64,000 nucleotides of DNA. Source: Halobacteriovoraceae bacterium. Lineage in GTDB: Bacteria; Bdellovibrionota; Bacteriovoracia; Bacteriovoracales; Bacteriovoracaceae. The notes below the pieces were generated by a model that saw nothing but the letters and a program-made list of their open reading frames with translations, had not been told where the DNA came from and did no database searches. The DNA is taken from NCBI GenBank assembly GCA_963719505.1, contig CAVRCF010000001.1, positions 736,001 through 800,000 of the forward strand, given 5' to 3'. The translations under genes were made by a program, and so were the position numbers. Below, piece after piece: positions 1-10,008 of the stretch; within the stretch, counting starts at the first letter, position 1; every line of letters starts with the position of its first letter.

Positions 1-1
1 A

Positions 2-1867
2 TTGAAAATCATCGATCAAGTTAAAAACACCTCTTTATTTAAAAATATTCTAGTTGAAGAAAAATCTTGGAAAGCTTTATCTGTGGATTCGAATTATACT
101 TTTTTAGAAGAGTTGCCTAAAAAGCATCCAAGTACAGGGCTTTCATCTGGAGTGATCGTTAAATTCTTGGGTGGTGAGAAGTACATTTTGGCTTTTAATA
201 CTCCCTTTAAAAGTTTGAAAGTCTTTACACTTATTAAAGAAAGTATTGCCTTCCAAGCGACAGAAACCCTTGTCAATCGCTCTCTTTATTTTGGTGCTTT
301 GATTGTAGCCGTTGTCATTCTCCTCATTCTTCTCTTTTCTCGAATCTTTACGAATCCAATAAAGAAGCTTTTTGAACGTTCTCGTGAATTTTCACAAAAT
401 AATTTTTCAAATCAGGTTGAACTGTCCAATCGAGATGAACTTGGAGTCCTCGCTGATTCAATGAATGAGATGCGTTCTTCAATTCTCAACTATATGGTTG
501 AGATGCAAGAAAAGAGTCGTTTAGAAGGTGAGATGAAAACCGCTCAATTGGTACAAAAATCTTTCTTTAAGGCCGAAAACCTAAAACTCAGTGGGGCATC
601 CCTATGTGGTTATTATAAACCGGCTTCAGAGTGTGGTGGTGACTGGTGGGGATCTCGTCATATTTTAGGAAAAGATATTATTATTATATTCGATGCAACT
701 GGACATGGAACAGGAGCCGCCATGGCCACGGCGATCGCCTTTAACGGTCTTTCTGCAATTGAAACTCTTAGCCAGACAGATGAAAGCTATGCCAATGATC
801 CATCAAAGATTATGAGTTTTTTAAATAAATCACTTTGTGAAATTCACGGAGATATGATGGCCACAGCTTTTGTCGCCGTTTATGATTCAAGTTTTAAACG
901 GCTCACTTTTTCAAATGCTTCTCACAACGCACCTTTAAAGATAAATTTCACCTCTGAGACCTATCAAAAAGATCATATTGAACCCCTTGTTCAAGTCAAT
1001 GGAAGAAGACTTGGTGAGAAGCCAGAAGAAGTATACCAAAGCCACCAAGTCGATCTAAACGCGGGTGATAAAGTTCTTTTTTATACAGATGGTTTAACTG
1101 AGGGACAAAATAATAAGCAACAAGACTGGGGACAAAGAAGATTTTTAAAATCAGTAATTAAAAATGTTTCTTTGAGTAATGGACATTTCCTAGAGGGATT
1201 AAAATCTGATGCATTTGAATATTATGAACAGACGGAACCAAAAGATGACATCACAATATTGACCTTAGAAATTGATGAAGTCCAAAGCATTTATACATAC
1301 GAGGATAGCTTTGAAGAGGTTCTAGATAAGTGGGAAGAGCTTGGAGACTTCGACGTTTTTAAGCCTAAGGCCGGGTTAATAAAAGAGAGTTCAAATCAGA
1401 GGCAACTTGCACAAGTTGTCCTCGCGGGTGGAAAATCTCAAGAGGTAAAAAATAAAATATCTTCACTTTTTGATAATATAGATTTTAGTGCATATTTTGG
1501 AGATATTAGAGGCTATCTTGAATCTCTTACAGTCGAGCTTGTAGAAAACTCTCTCGTTCACGGTGGGAGTGAGAGTACTTTACAAATTCTAGAGGACGAT
1601 AACCGTTTTACTATTAGAACCGAGGATAAAGAAGGACTTCTTTCTAAACAAAAGTTTTTTGAAAAGCTTAGAAGGGCCTTTAAAGAGAAAACATTTGAGG
1701 AAAAAGAGTCAGGAGCTGGCCTTGGATTCTATCTGATAGTGAATTTATCTGATATGATAGAGTTTGATTTAAAAGCGGGAAGTCATACAATTATAGAGTG
1801 TTCAATAAATAAGTATAAAAGACTAAAAGAGTATAAACAAAAAAGAATAATAGTGGATTTTAAATAA
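2..1867 (+). CDS. HAMP + PP2C/SpoIIE phosphatase fused to a C-terminal RsbW-like HATPase domain (5'-truncated by window)
   Basis: TM then HAMP (RDELGVLADSMNEM). PP2C motifs GGDWW, DATGHG, FYTDGL and DDIT. C-terminal ELVENSLVHG and GAGLG ATPase boxes. Confidence 0.85.
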   Translation: MKIIDQVKNTSLFKNILVEEKSWKALSVDSNYTFLEELPKKHPSTGLSSGVIVKFLGGEKYILAFNTPFKSLKVFTLIKESIAFQATETLVNRSLYFGALIVAVVILLILLFSRIFTNPIKKLFERSREFSQNNFSNQVELSNRDELGVLADSMNEMRSSILNYMVEMQEKSRLEGEMKTAQLVQKSFFKAENLKLSGASLCGYYKPASECGGDWWGSRHILGKDIIIIFDATGHGTGAAMATAIAFNGLSAIETLSQTDESYANDPSKIMSFLNKSLCEIHGDMMATAFVAVYDSSFKRLTFSNASHNAPLKINFTSETYQKDHIEPLVQVNGRRLGEKPEEVYQSHQVDLNAGDKVLFYTDGLTEGQNNKQQDWGQRRFLKSVIKNVSLSNGHFLEGLKSDAFEYYEQTEPKDDITILTLEIDEVQSIYTYEDSFEEVLDKWEELGDFDVFKPKAGLIKESSNQRQLAQVVLAGGKSQEVKNKISSLFDNIDFSAYFGDIRGYLESLTVELVENSLVHGGSESTLQILEDDNRFTIRTEDKEGLLSKQKFFEKLRRAFKEKTFEEKESGAGLGFYLIVNLSDMIEFDLKAGSHTIIECSINKYKRLKEYKQKRIIVDFK

Positions 1868-1879
1868 GATGAGGTTTTT

Positions 1880-2344
1880 ATGAGCTCGCAGCTAAAAATA
1901 GAGCAGATTCAGCAGGGAGATCAGACAATTGTTGTTTTCTCTGGTGGTATTGACGAGGACAGCTCTTTTGAGAATGTCCCAAAGTTAAACAGTAAAATCA
2001 CTTTTGACCTATCAAACGTTCAAAAAATAAATTCTTGTGGCATCAGAGAGTGGATAAAGTTTCAAGATGAACTAGATCCCAATTTGAAGATTACCTATCG
2101 TGGTTGCTCGCAAGTCATTGTGGAACAAATGAATATCATAAAAGGTTTCGTGAGAGCTGGTGGAGTTATAGAGTCCTTCTACGCTCCTTACTTTGATGAG
2201 GAAAATGATGAAGAGGTCAAAATTCTCATTACTCCAAAAGAGGTTGTTGATGGCAAAGCCCCTGTTAAAAAGAATGCTGAAGGCGTTGAATTAAAGTTTG
2301 ATGAAATAGAAGCTCAATACTTTAATTTCTTGAAAGGAATATAA
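1880..2344 (+). CDS. STAS-domain anti-anti-sigma-like protein
   Basis: FSGGIDED and FDLSNVQKINSCGIREW match the STAS pattern with its phosphorylatable Ser. Directly follows the PP2C gene. Confidence 0.7.
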   Translation: MSSQLKIEQIQQGDQTIVVFSGGIDEDSSFENVPKLNSKITFDLSNVQKINSCGIREWIKFQDELDPNLKITYRGCSQVIVEQMNIIKGFVRAGGVIESFYAPYFDEENDEEVKILITPKEVVDGKAPVKKNAEGVELKFDEIEAQYFNFLKGI

Positions 2345-2350
2345 ATAAAA

Positions 2351-3730
2351 ATGGATTATTCTCTACTTGATCACTTACAAAATCCGATATTCGTTGTCGA
2401 TAAAGATGGCAAAGTCTTGTATTCCAATCATTTTTGTTCGACCTATTTTGGACTTCCCCCAAGAAAGCTAAAAGCATTCGAATTCATTTTTGAACTTCTA
2501 AAAGTAGAGAAGAAAAGTGTACAAGAATATTTAGATAACGCTTTGAAAGAAGATTCACCAATGGTGTCAACTGAGATCACGTTGAGTCCACAAGAGGGCG
2601 AAGGAGCTCAAACAGTTATCATTAAGTACATCCCTAGTGGGGGAAATGTCATTGTGGCTCTCAATGATTTATCCATTGAGAAGCAATTGCATGAGAAGTA
2701 TAAGATGCAAGTTCAAGAGTTGAGACAAACTCACGATCAAATTGTTAAAACGGACAAACTGGCCGCGATTGGAGAACTTATTGCGGGAGTTGGTCATGAG
2801 ATTAGTAATCCACTGACTATTATCAATAATCGAATTTCTAAAATTGAAGAAAACCTTATCACGCTAGATCTTGATGATTTAGGAGAAAACATTGTTGAGA
2901 TTTCTAGTGGCGTCTCAAGAATTAATAAAATTATAGCAAATATGCAGTCATTCGTGAGAAGCGAAGATGATGAAAAGGAGCTTGTCTCGCTGGGAGAAAC
3001 TCTGGAGGCAAGTAAGATCTTTTTAGAGGATCTTAACTTAAAGAAGTCTCAGATCTCTATTCACGCTAAAAAAGATGTTTGGAGCTTTGGAAATAGCTTA
3101 AAGATCCAACAAGTTTTTATTAACTTAATGAAAAATTCTATTCAAGCAATGAATGGATCTGACACCGCGAAGATTGATATCACATTAAGAATTGATCATG
3201 ACGATCAAAGTGCCGTGATAGAATTTCAAGATAACGGTCCAGGAATTGAGAAAGGCTTGGAAGAGAAAATTTTTGACATGTTTTATACCAGTAAAGATAT
3301 AGATCAGGGAACTGGTCTAGGCCTGGCCATTTCCAGAAAAATTATGGAGTCAATGCAAGGCTCAATTGAACTTGGTCAAAGTAATAGTGGGGCTAAATTT
3401 GTATGCTCTCTCCCTCTTGTGGAGTTTGCTACTTATACTAACTCAAATGAATATCTCAGCGGGGAAAAAGAGGTCGAGGATCCAAAAATTTTAATCGTTG
3501 GTCAAGATCTCTCTTTAGTGAATTCTGTTTATAAAAGCTTAGAGGGAGAGGACTTAGTTCTCATATGCTCTAATGAAGCCCTCAAGATTGATGAACTTAT
3601 TGATTTTTTTGCTGTCGACTTTATTTTCCATTTTGAAAAAGAAATGGAACTTGAAGTTAACTCTTGCTCTTTAAAGGGGATCTCAATCGAGAAAGCCGAT
3701 TTAAAGAAAAGGATTATCATCGATGGCTAG
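2351..3730 (+). CDS. PAS-domain sensor histidine kinase with degenerate C-terminal receiver-like region
   Basis: N-terminal PAS; H-box GHEISNPL; N-box QVFINLMKNS; DNGPG; GTGLGL. Confidence 0.9.
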   Translation: MDYSLLDHLQNPIFVVDKDGKVLYSNHFCSTYFGLPPRKLKAFEFIFELLKVEKKSVQEYLDNALKEDSPMVSTEITLSPQEGEGAQTVIIKYIPSGGNVIVALNDLSIEKQLHEKYKMQVQELRQTHDQIVKTDKLAAIGELIAGVGHEISNPLTIINNRISKIEENLITLDLDDLGENIVEISSGVSRINKIIANMQSFVRSEDDEKELVSLGETLEASKIFLEDLNLKKSQISIHAKKDVWSFGNSLKIQQVFINLMKNSIQAMNGSDTAKIDITLRIDHDDQSAVIEFQDNGPGIEKGLEEKIFDMFYTSKDIDQGTGLGLAISRKIMESMQGSIELGQSNSGAKFVCSLPLVEFATYTNSNEYLSGEKEVEDPKILIVGQDLSLVNSVYKSLEGEDLVLICSNEALKIDELIDFFAVDFIFHFEKEMELEVNSCSLKGISIEKADLKKRIIIDG

Positions 3731-4277
3731 TTCTAAAAAATTTAATGTTCTCATTGTTGATGATGAAGAAAAAATCACGAATATTATTCAGCAGTATTTA
3801 AAACTCTATGATGGTTTTAACAAAATTGTTATCGCCTCAAGTGTTGTGCAAGCAACTCAAAAGCTTGCCAATCAAGAGTTTGACCTCATCATTACCGATC
3901 TCTATATGGGAAAGGCTGGGGGAACAAATTTAATCGAGTATACGAAAAAACATCCAAAGTATAATAAGATAAAATATGTTGTTGTTTCTGGCTTTGTCAG
4001 TAAAGATGTAACGATTCGCCTTATTAAACATGGTATTCGACATATCATTGTGAAGCCTTTCTCAACAAGACAGATTTTGGAAACTGTTTTTAAAGCCTTA
4101 AAAATTTCTAAAAAACCAGAGGAATTGGCCAACACTATAATTATTCACCTGGCCGAAAAGCTTCAAAGTCAAAAAGAGAGAATTTTAGAGGATCGAAAAG
4201 AAGCTATCTCAAAAAAATTAGAAAAATATTATAAAGAACACGAAAGAATAGAGGCACAGAAAGATAATGAGGACTAA
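3723..4277 (+). CDS. Response regulator (receiver domain plus helical tail)
   Basis: VLIVDDE, IITD and VKPF receiver motifs. Overlaps the kinase stop codon. Confidence 0.9.
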   Translation: MASSKKFNVLIVDDEEKITNIIQQYLKLYDGFNKIVIASSVVQATQKLANQEFDLIITDLYMGKAGGTNLIEYTKKHPKYNKIKYVVVSGFVSKDVTIRLIKHGIRHIIVKPFSTRQILETVFKALKISKKPEELANTIIIHLAEKLQSQKERILEDRKEAISKKLEKYYKEHERIEAQKDNED

Positions 4278-4741
4278 TTCAACTGTCTTAGGGCTTCGAA
4301 AACGACGGCTGTTGCAGTGTTAGAAAGATTGAGAGATCTTATATGCTCTGAAAACATGGGAAGGTGAAACATTCTATCCTCATACTCCGTATAAAAAGTC
4401 TTGGGAAGGCCACTCGTTTCGGCTCCGAAAACAAGATAACAATCTTCACTGTAATTTGCTTGATAATGATTTTGCCTGACATTATTTTCAAAAAAGATGA
4501 GCTTCTCTCTTTGAGGATTTTCAATTTCTAAAAAACTTTCCCACGAATCAAATTCTTTTATTTTGACATGCTTCCAGTAATCAAGTCCTGCTCGTCTGAC
4601 AGCTTTTTCATCGATGTCAAAACCATAGGGCTTAATGAGAATAAGCTCTAGCCCCAAGGCGACACAAGTACGCCCGATACTTCCTGTGTTACCAGGAATC
4701 TCGGGCGTGTATAAAACAATTTTAAAATTTTTTTGTTGCAT
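4274..4741 (-). CDS. trmL: tRNA (cytidine/uridine-34 2'-O)-methyltransferase
   Basis: PEIPGNTG, RRAGLDYW, FGAETSGLP and RSLNLS SPOUT motifs. Confidence 0.93.
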   Translation of the reverse strand: MQQKNFKIVLYTPEIPGNTGSIGRTCVALGLELILIKPYGFDIDEKAVRRAGLDYWKHVKIKEFDSWESFLEIENPQREKLIFFENNVRQNHYQANYSEDCYLVFGAETSGLPKTFYTEYEDRMFHLPMFSEHIRSLNLSNTATAVVFEALRQLN

Positions 4742-6241
4742 CTACTTCATTAAAATATTTGTAAGAGTTCTAACCATCATTCCTGATCCACCTTTAGCTG
4801 GACAGTAGGGAAGGTGAGATTGATCACTTGCAACACCAGCGATGTCAAGGTGAGCCCACTCTATTCCTTCAGTGATAAAGTTCTCTAAAAAGCACGCAGC
4901 CGTTGCTGTACCAGCAAATCGACCCTGGCTAATATTTTGAAGGTCAGCGAATTTTGATTTCATTGACTCTCTCCACTCTGGGATAATAGGAAGTTGCCAT
5001 GCATACTCGTCTGATTTTTTTGCAGAGTCAGTGACAACTTTACAAGCTTTATCAGACCCTAGGACTGCACATACTTGAGTTCCAAGTGCTACTAAACATG
5101 CACCAGTTAAAGTGGCAGCATTAAAAATCATATCTGGTTTTAAGTCACTGGCATAGCTTAGGCAGTCACCAAGAACCAGACGACCTTCAGCGTCCGTGTT
5201 TAATATTTCTACTGTCTTTCCATTTCTAGCCGTCACAATTGAATCAGGAACTGTTGCGTGTTCATTAACAGCGTTATCCGTCATTCCAAGGATACATGTA
5301 ATTTTATAAGGTGAACCGTTGAGAACAGCTGCTCTAAAAGCTCCATAAACAGTTGCGGAACCACACATATCGTATTTCATATTCACCATAGAAGCGCCGG
5401 GTTTTAATGAATATCCACCAGTATCAAAAGTTAAACCTTTACCAACAAGTGCTAAGTGTTTTGTATTCTTCGTAACTTTCTTTGGCGTATATGTAAGGTG
5501 AACAAGTCTAGGTTGGTGAGCACTACCAGAGTTTACGGAAAGAAACATTCCCATTCCCTCTTTTTTCAGCTCTGGTTTTCCGAGAATCTTTGTTTTTACA
5601 CCTTTTAGATTTTCTTTAACGTCTTTTTCAATTCTTTTTGCATACTCTTCTGAGTGAAGAATATTTGGAGCTTCACTTCCAAGATCGCGCGCAAAATTCA
5701 TTGAGTCAGTAATATTGTCATTCTCAGCGATAGCTTTTTCTAAAGACTTCTTTACCTTAGCATCATTCACGTAGAGACAAATCTCTGAAAATGTCGGAGT
5801 CATTTTTTCAGTCTTATACTTATCAAAATTGTAAGATGTGAGCTTAATAGCTTCATTGATGATAACAGCAGAGTCTGCAAGTTTGTTGATGCAGTTAAAC
5901 GAGGCCACATCGATAGCAACTGTTTTATACTTTTTAGGTGAGAATGATTTGTACGCATTGGCGATAGCTTTTCTCAACTCTTCAGATTTGGCTTTTGTTT
6001 TTTCACCTAGTCCTACAACCATAACCGATTGACCGTAGCTATTTGTAAAAAAGAAAGAGGCTCCAGCGCTTCCAGTAAACTCTTCACTGTCAGTAATAAC
6101 GTGAAACTCTTTAATAAGATCTTTGTCCGACCAAGAAAGAACGAGGCTTTTTTCGTCATCTTTTACTTTTTCATAGGCACCAAAAACTTTTAATGAGGCA
6201 TTATCTAAATGCTCTGTCTTAAAATCTACATGTACTTTCAT
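4742..6241 (-). CDS. pepA: Leucyl aminopeptidase (M17)
   Basis: GKGLTFDTGG, MKYDMCG, NTDAEGRL and ATLTGA. ATG at 6241 follows GGAG. Confidence 0.95.
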   Translation of the reverse strand: MKVHVDFKTEHLDNASLKVFGAYEKVKDDEKSLVLSWSDKDLIKEFHVITDSEEFTGSAGASFFFTNSYGQSVMVVGLGEKTKAKSEELRKAIANAYKSFSPKKYKTVAIDVASFNCINKLADSAVIINEAIKLTSYNFDKYKTEKMTPTFSEICLYVNDAKVKKSLEKAIAENDNITDSMNFARDLGSEAPNILHSEEYAKRIEKDVKENLKGVKTKILGKPELKKEGMGMFLSVNSGSAHQPRLVHLTYTPKKVTKNTKHLALVGKGLTFDTGGYSLKPGASMVNMKYDMCGSATVYGAFRAAVLNGSPYKITCILGMTDNAVNEHATVPDSIVTARNGKTVEILNTDAEGRLVLGDCLSYASDLKPDMIFNAATLTGACLVALGTQVCAVLGSDKACKVVTDSAKKSDEYAWQLPIIPEWRESMKSKFADLQNISQGRFAGTATAACFLENFITEGIEWAHLDIAGVASDQSHLPYCPAKGGSGMMVRTLTNILMK

Positions 6242-6328
6242 CAATTCTCCTGTGTATAAATCGTTATTAATTCTTTTATTCTTAAAAATTCAATTCCAAA
6301 GCTAGCACATATCTTGTAATCTATCTTT

Positions 6329-7459
6329 ATGCCCAGCATATATAGTCTCTATTTAGCCTCAAACTTCGTTTTGCCATTTATGGTGAGTACGGTATTTTTC
6401 GTCACTTTTTTGATGACGTTTGAGCTTTTTAGAATTTTACAACTTATGTCGTCTAAAGATATCACAGTTGGTTTTATTCTAGGAATGATGGGAGATGTTG
6501 CCGTCACGCTCGTGCCGATGGCCGTGCCGCTTTCCATCTTTTTCTCAACAATTTATTGTCTCAACAAGCTCTCAGGGGATTCGGAGTATATTGCTTTGCG
6601 TTCTTTTGGGCTTCAAAAGATTAAGATTCTCACGCCCTTTGTTTTGATCAGTTTAGTCATGGCCATAAATTTATATTTTCTTAATCAAGACCTTGTCCCA
6701 AGCGCCCATAGAAGTGTGAGAAAAAAAATTAAAATTATCAGTTCAACAAGTCTTATTGAAGGAATTAGAACGGGCCAGTTTTTTACACGTATTCCAAATG
6801 TTACTCTTTTTGCGGAAAATGTGGATGAGATTACTAAAGAACTTGATAGTGTCTACCTCCATATCTTTGATCCAAAAACTTCCAGAGAAAAAATTATTCA
6901 CGCCAAATCTGGTCAGATTCTCTATGAAAAAAACGAACAGACCGGTCTTGAAACTTTTAATTTACTTTTACTCAACGGAAATATTATTGATACAGGTCTC
7001 AATCATGAAAATATAGAGAAGATTCTTTTTGAAAAATATACTTTCCCTATATCTGAGCAGAAGTTCTCTTACAAACCCTCAACCAAAGAAATTATGTTAA
7101 ATAGAGAGGAGCTAAGCGCCTATATTAAAGGTGGTGAAGAGGCTTCTAAAGCCAGAGGAGTAAAGAAGAAGGATTACTTCAATGCAACTTATGAATTCTG
7201 GAATCGATTTAACACTCCTGTTTTAGTGATGTTGTTGACCTTTCTTGGTTTTGGATTAGGGGTAAGACCTAATAGATCCAGAGGAAAAAACTCCAGTGGT
7301 AAAGGAATTCTCATCTTGATTGGATACTATGTTATTTTCTTCTCACTAGTCAGTGCTGCACGAGATGGAGCTTTACCGCTTTTTATGGCCATGACAATCC
7401 CGGCTTTATTTTTATTTGGGATATCCACTTACTACTACAAAGCTTTGGATTGGCAATAG
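6329..7459 (+). CDS. lptF: LPS export ABC permease, LptF/LptG family
   Basis: 3+3 TM layout; KLSGDSEYIALRSFG motif; divergent from pepA as in the conserved pepA-lptF arrangement. Confidence 0.8.
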   Translation: MPSIYSLYLASNFVLPFMVSTVFFVTFLMTFELFRILQLMSSKDITVGFILGMMGDVAVTLVPMAVPLSIFFSTIYCLNKLSGDSEYIALRSFGLQKIKILTPFVLISLVMAINLYFLNQDLVPSAHRSVRKKIKIISSTSLIEGIRTGQFFTRIPNVTLFAENVDEITKELDSVYLHIFDPKTSREKIIHAKSGQILYEKNEQTGLETFNLLLLNGNIIDTGLNHENIEKILFEKYTFPISEQKFSYKPSTKEIMLNREELSAYIKGGEEASKARGVKKKDYFNATYEFWNRFNTPVLVMLLTFLGFGLGVRPNRSRGKNSSGKGILILIGYYVIFFSLVSAARDGALPLFMAMTIPALFLFGISTYYYKALDWQ

Positions 7460-7569
7460 AGTTTTTGTGCCCCGCTTCCAGTCCTTTTTTGGCCACAATT
7501 TTAGGCTCTAGAGACAGTTTGACATCCATCTAATTTACTGAAATCATTAATGTATTAAGATTATTTAAG

Positions 7570-7586
7570 TTGGCATGAGTCATGCA
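7570..7586 (+). promoter_or_regulatory. sigma54 (-24/-12) promoter
   Basis: TTGGCATGAGTCATGCA has GG-N10-GC spacing. AT-rich IHF-like segment upstream. Confidence 0.65.
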
Positions 7587-7596
7587 ACTATAAAGA

Positions 7597-7702
7597 TGTC
7601 TAGCCCAAGGAAATAGGGCGATACAAGTCCACGGATGGACTCCTTATTTGTTTACCTTTTGTTTGTTTTGTTACCGCTTTAAATTGGGAAAAATTTTCCA
7701 AT
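7597..7702 (+). ncRNA. Candidate sigma54-dependent sRNA or leader with CsrA/RsmA-type GGA-loop hairpins
   Basis: Hairpins GCCC-AAGGAAATA-GGGC (7603-7619) and AGTCCA-CGGA-TGGACT (7626-7641), a U-rich tract, and a further hairpin near 7683-7702. Confidence 0.5.
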
Positions 7703-7760
7703 AGGCACATTTTTGCGAATGTTTCTCAATCCAGTTCGACTTTTATCCGATTACGTTAGT

Positions 7761-8216
7761 ATGAAAGAGGAAAAGTCGGACTGGATTTTTTATTTAAAAC
7801 TATCAAGAAATCTACCAGAATATTACTTTGATTTAGACCGTGAATTTAAGAGTCAGGGACTTACGTTGATTCCTATATCAATTTCTGAACTCATCTCTAT
7901 TACCAAAGGAGAGGGAAAATTCAATGTGTTTACAGGGGTTAGAAATTTTTCTGATGCTCATTACTATACTAAAAGAGTTGAGAAAATTTTTGGAGTCCTT
8001 CTTCGCTCAAAAAGAATGAGCTTATTTATGAGTTCAAGTTTCTCCTTTATGAACCAAAATTATAAATACGGAAAAACGGGCATGTATCATTTTTTCCCTC
8101 TCCCACAAAGTCTTCACGAAATTTGTGATACAATCGCAAGTGAAGTTGAGAAAGCTTCACGCAAAGACCAGCGGTGGCCGGGAACGTCCATTGGCCTTGG
8201 GAAAACGATTAGGTAA
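7761..8216 (+). CDS. Hypothetical protein
   Basis: Open frame. ATG 7761 preferred because it lies downstream of a sigma28-like motif (7726-7753). Confidence 0.7.
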   Translation: MKEEKSDWIFYLKLSRNLPEYYFDLDREFKSQGLTLIPISISELISITKGEGKFNVFTGVRNFSDAHYYTKRVEKIFGVLLRSKRMSLFMSSSFSFMNQNYKYGKTGMYHFFPLPQSLHEICDTIASEVEKASRKDQRWPGTSIGLGKTIR

Positions 8217-8227
8217 TTAGGCGAAAA

Positions 8228-8797
8228 ATGAAAAGTAAAAGAAGTGATCTTGAAATTCGATACCATCTTTTGTTTAAACTAGATGCGTACAATCTCTATC
8301 AAAGGGTGAGCGTTCGCCAACACGACTATATCGAAGCATTTTCTTTGAAGAGAAATAGAGCTGTTTTTAAAGATATTTTTGACAATAGATATAAAAGAGC
8401 TTCAATTGAAGATCTTTCTCATTGCTCTGTTGAAGTCATCGAGTCCCTCAATAGCTTTTACACTCTAGTAGATGAAATCTATTGGTATCTTAAACACACT
8501 CAAGACATGCCAAATATGATTCAGGATGAAGTCCAGCGTTACTGCAACCGACTGAGAAGCCAATACGAAACCCTTGCCCTTTTTATTGATGCTGAGTTAA
8601 CAGGTGAAGATGCCTTTGCTGTAGACTTTAAAGAAGAGATAGAACCGGCTGATCACGATAAGGATAATGACTATTTTATGCTTGAGGGTGAAGAAGCCGC
8701 GATTGCTGAAGAGTCAGACTATATTCAAGATGAACAATATCAAGATGAAGACTTTGTCGATGAGGATGACACGGAGAATCAACAAGATTTATCTTAA
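8228..8797 (+). CDS. Hypothetical protein with very acidic C-terminal tail
   Basis: 189-aa ORF in operon spacing; last ~60 aa are D/E-rich. Confidence 0.75.
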   Translation: MKSKRSDLEIRYHLLFKLDAYNLYQRVSVRQHDYIEAFSLKRNRAVFKDIFDNRYKRASIEDLSHCSVEVIESLNSFYTLVDEIYWYLKHTQDMPNMIQDEVQRYCNRLRSQYETLALFIDAELTGEDAFAVDFKEEIEPADHDKDNDYFMLEGEEAAIAEESDYIQDEQYQDEDFVDEDDTENQQDLS

Positions 8798-8822
8798 ATT
8801 ATTGCCCCTCTTCAGGTAAACA

Positions 8823-9512
8823 ATGACTATGAAAATACTTGTACTAATAATTATTTCAACATTTGCAATGGCCAAAGAGCCTTTCTCAAAGTCGAGGCTT
8901 AATAAGCTTTCAGGCGAGAGAAAAGCAAAATATGACACCAAGTCCGAGTGGGATCAAAAATACTCTCGATCATCATTTATCTATGGAAAGTCTCCGGCAA
9001 AATTTCTGGCCGAGAACTTTGATTATCTAAGACCGGGAAGTGTCGTTCTCGATATGGGAATGGGTGAAGGACGAAATGCCGTCTTTTTAGCTGGTAAGGG
9101 ACATAAGGTCACCGGGATTGATATCAGTTCGGTGGCGATAAAAAAGGCGAACCATCTGGCCCGGGAATTTGGAGTGAAGATTAAAGGAGTTGTCGCTTCT
9201 TTAGAGAAATATAAGATTGAACCCAATTCCTTTGATGCGATTATCTGTTTTTACTATGTCGACCGAAAATTGATTCCGAAAATTAAATCGTGGCTCAAGC
9301 CTGGTGGCATTCTTATTTACGAAGCTGAGACCTTAAAAGAGAGAGAGAAAAAAGAACATCGCAAAGAATCCGTTGAATACTACTTGAAGGATCAAGAACT
9401 GCTTACGATGTTCTCTGGCTTTAAACTTTTAAAATATGAAGAGCCGCTTCACGAAAGAAAGTACCGCGCGAGTGTTGTTTTAATGAAACCAAGAGAAAAA
9501 GGAGCCAAGTAA
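8823..9512 (+). CDS. Class I SAM-dependent methyltransferase (TehB-like) with predicted signal peptide
   Basis: VLDMGMGEGRNA motif I, GIDIS and LKPGG; hydrophobic N-terminus ending AMA. Confidence 0.85.
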   Translation: MTMKILVLIIISTFAMAKEPFSKSRLNKLSGERKAKYDTKSEWDQKYSRSSFIYGKSPAKFLAENFDYLRPGSVVLDMGMGEGRNAVFLAGKGHKVTGIDISSVAIKKANHLAREFGVKIKGVVASLEKYKIEPNSFDAIICFYYVDRKLIPKIKSWLKPGGILIYEAETLKEREKKEHRKESVEYYLKDQELLTMFSGFKLLKYEEPLHERKYRASVVLMKPREKGAK

Positions 9513-9513
9513 A

Positions 9514-9954
9514 ATGGCACAATACACCTCAACTAAACGCTTTATTGGCTACCCCTGTACTCATAGACAGTGGCAAGCCGAATCCCACTGCCGCTTCGTT
9601 CATGGTTATAGTCGCGAATTTTACTTTGAATTTGCCTGCAATGAATTAACTAAAGAACAGTGGGTGGTTGACTTTGGCGGTCTAAAAGAAGTTAAGGCTT
9701 GGTTAGCTGAAATGTTCGATCATACATTTTTAGTTGCAGCAGATGACCCTCATCTTCCCGATTTCAAAAAGCTCGATGAAGCTGGTGTGATTCAATTGCG
9801 TGTCCTCCCAAATGCTGGGATGGAAGGAACAGCAAAGTTTGTTTATGATAATGTTAATGAGGTCATCTCAAAGCTTACCAATAAGAGAGCGTGGGTGACT
9901 AAAGTAGAAGTTAGAGAAAATGAAAAGAACTCAGCGTTCTATCAACCGAATTAA
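9514..9954 (+). CDS. queD: 6-pyruvoyl/6-carboxy-tetrahydropterin synthase family protein
   Basis: HC..VHGY, VVDFG, FDHTFL and terminal EVRENEKN T-fold motifs. Confidence 0.75.
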   Translation: MAQYTSTKRFIGYPCTHRQWQAESHCRFVHGYSREFYFEFACNELTKEQWVVDFGGLKEVKAWLAEMFDHTFLVAADDPHLPDFKKLDEAGVIQLRVLPNAGMEGTAKFVYDNVNEVISKLTNKRAWVTKVEVRENEKNSAFYQPN

Positions 9955-10008
9955 TCAAGTACTATTTTAACACCTTGGAATCTTTCAGAAGTGTGGCATA
10001 ATTAACCT

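Noticed and set aside
9993-10003. TGGCATAAT as a sigma54 promoter
   Set aside because: There is no GC at -12; it fits better as a sigma70 -10-like element.
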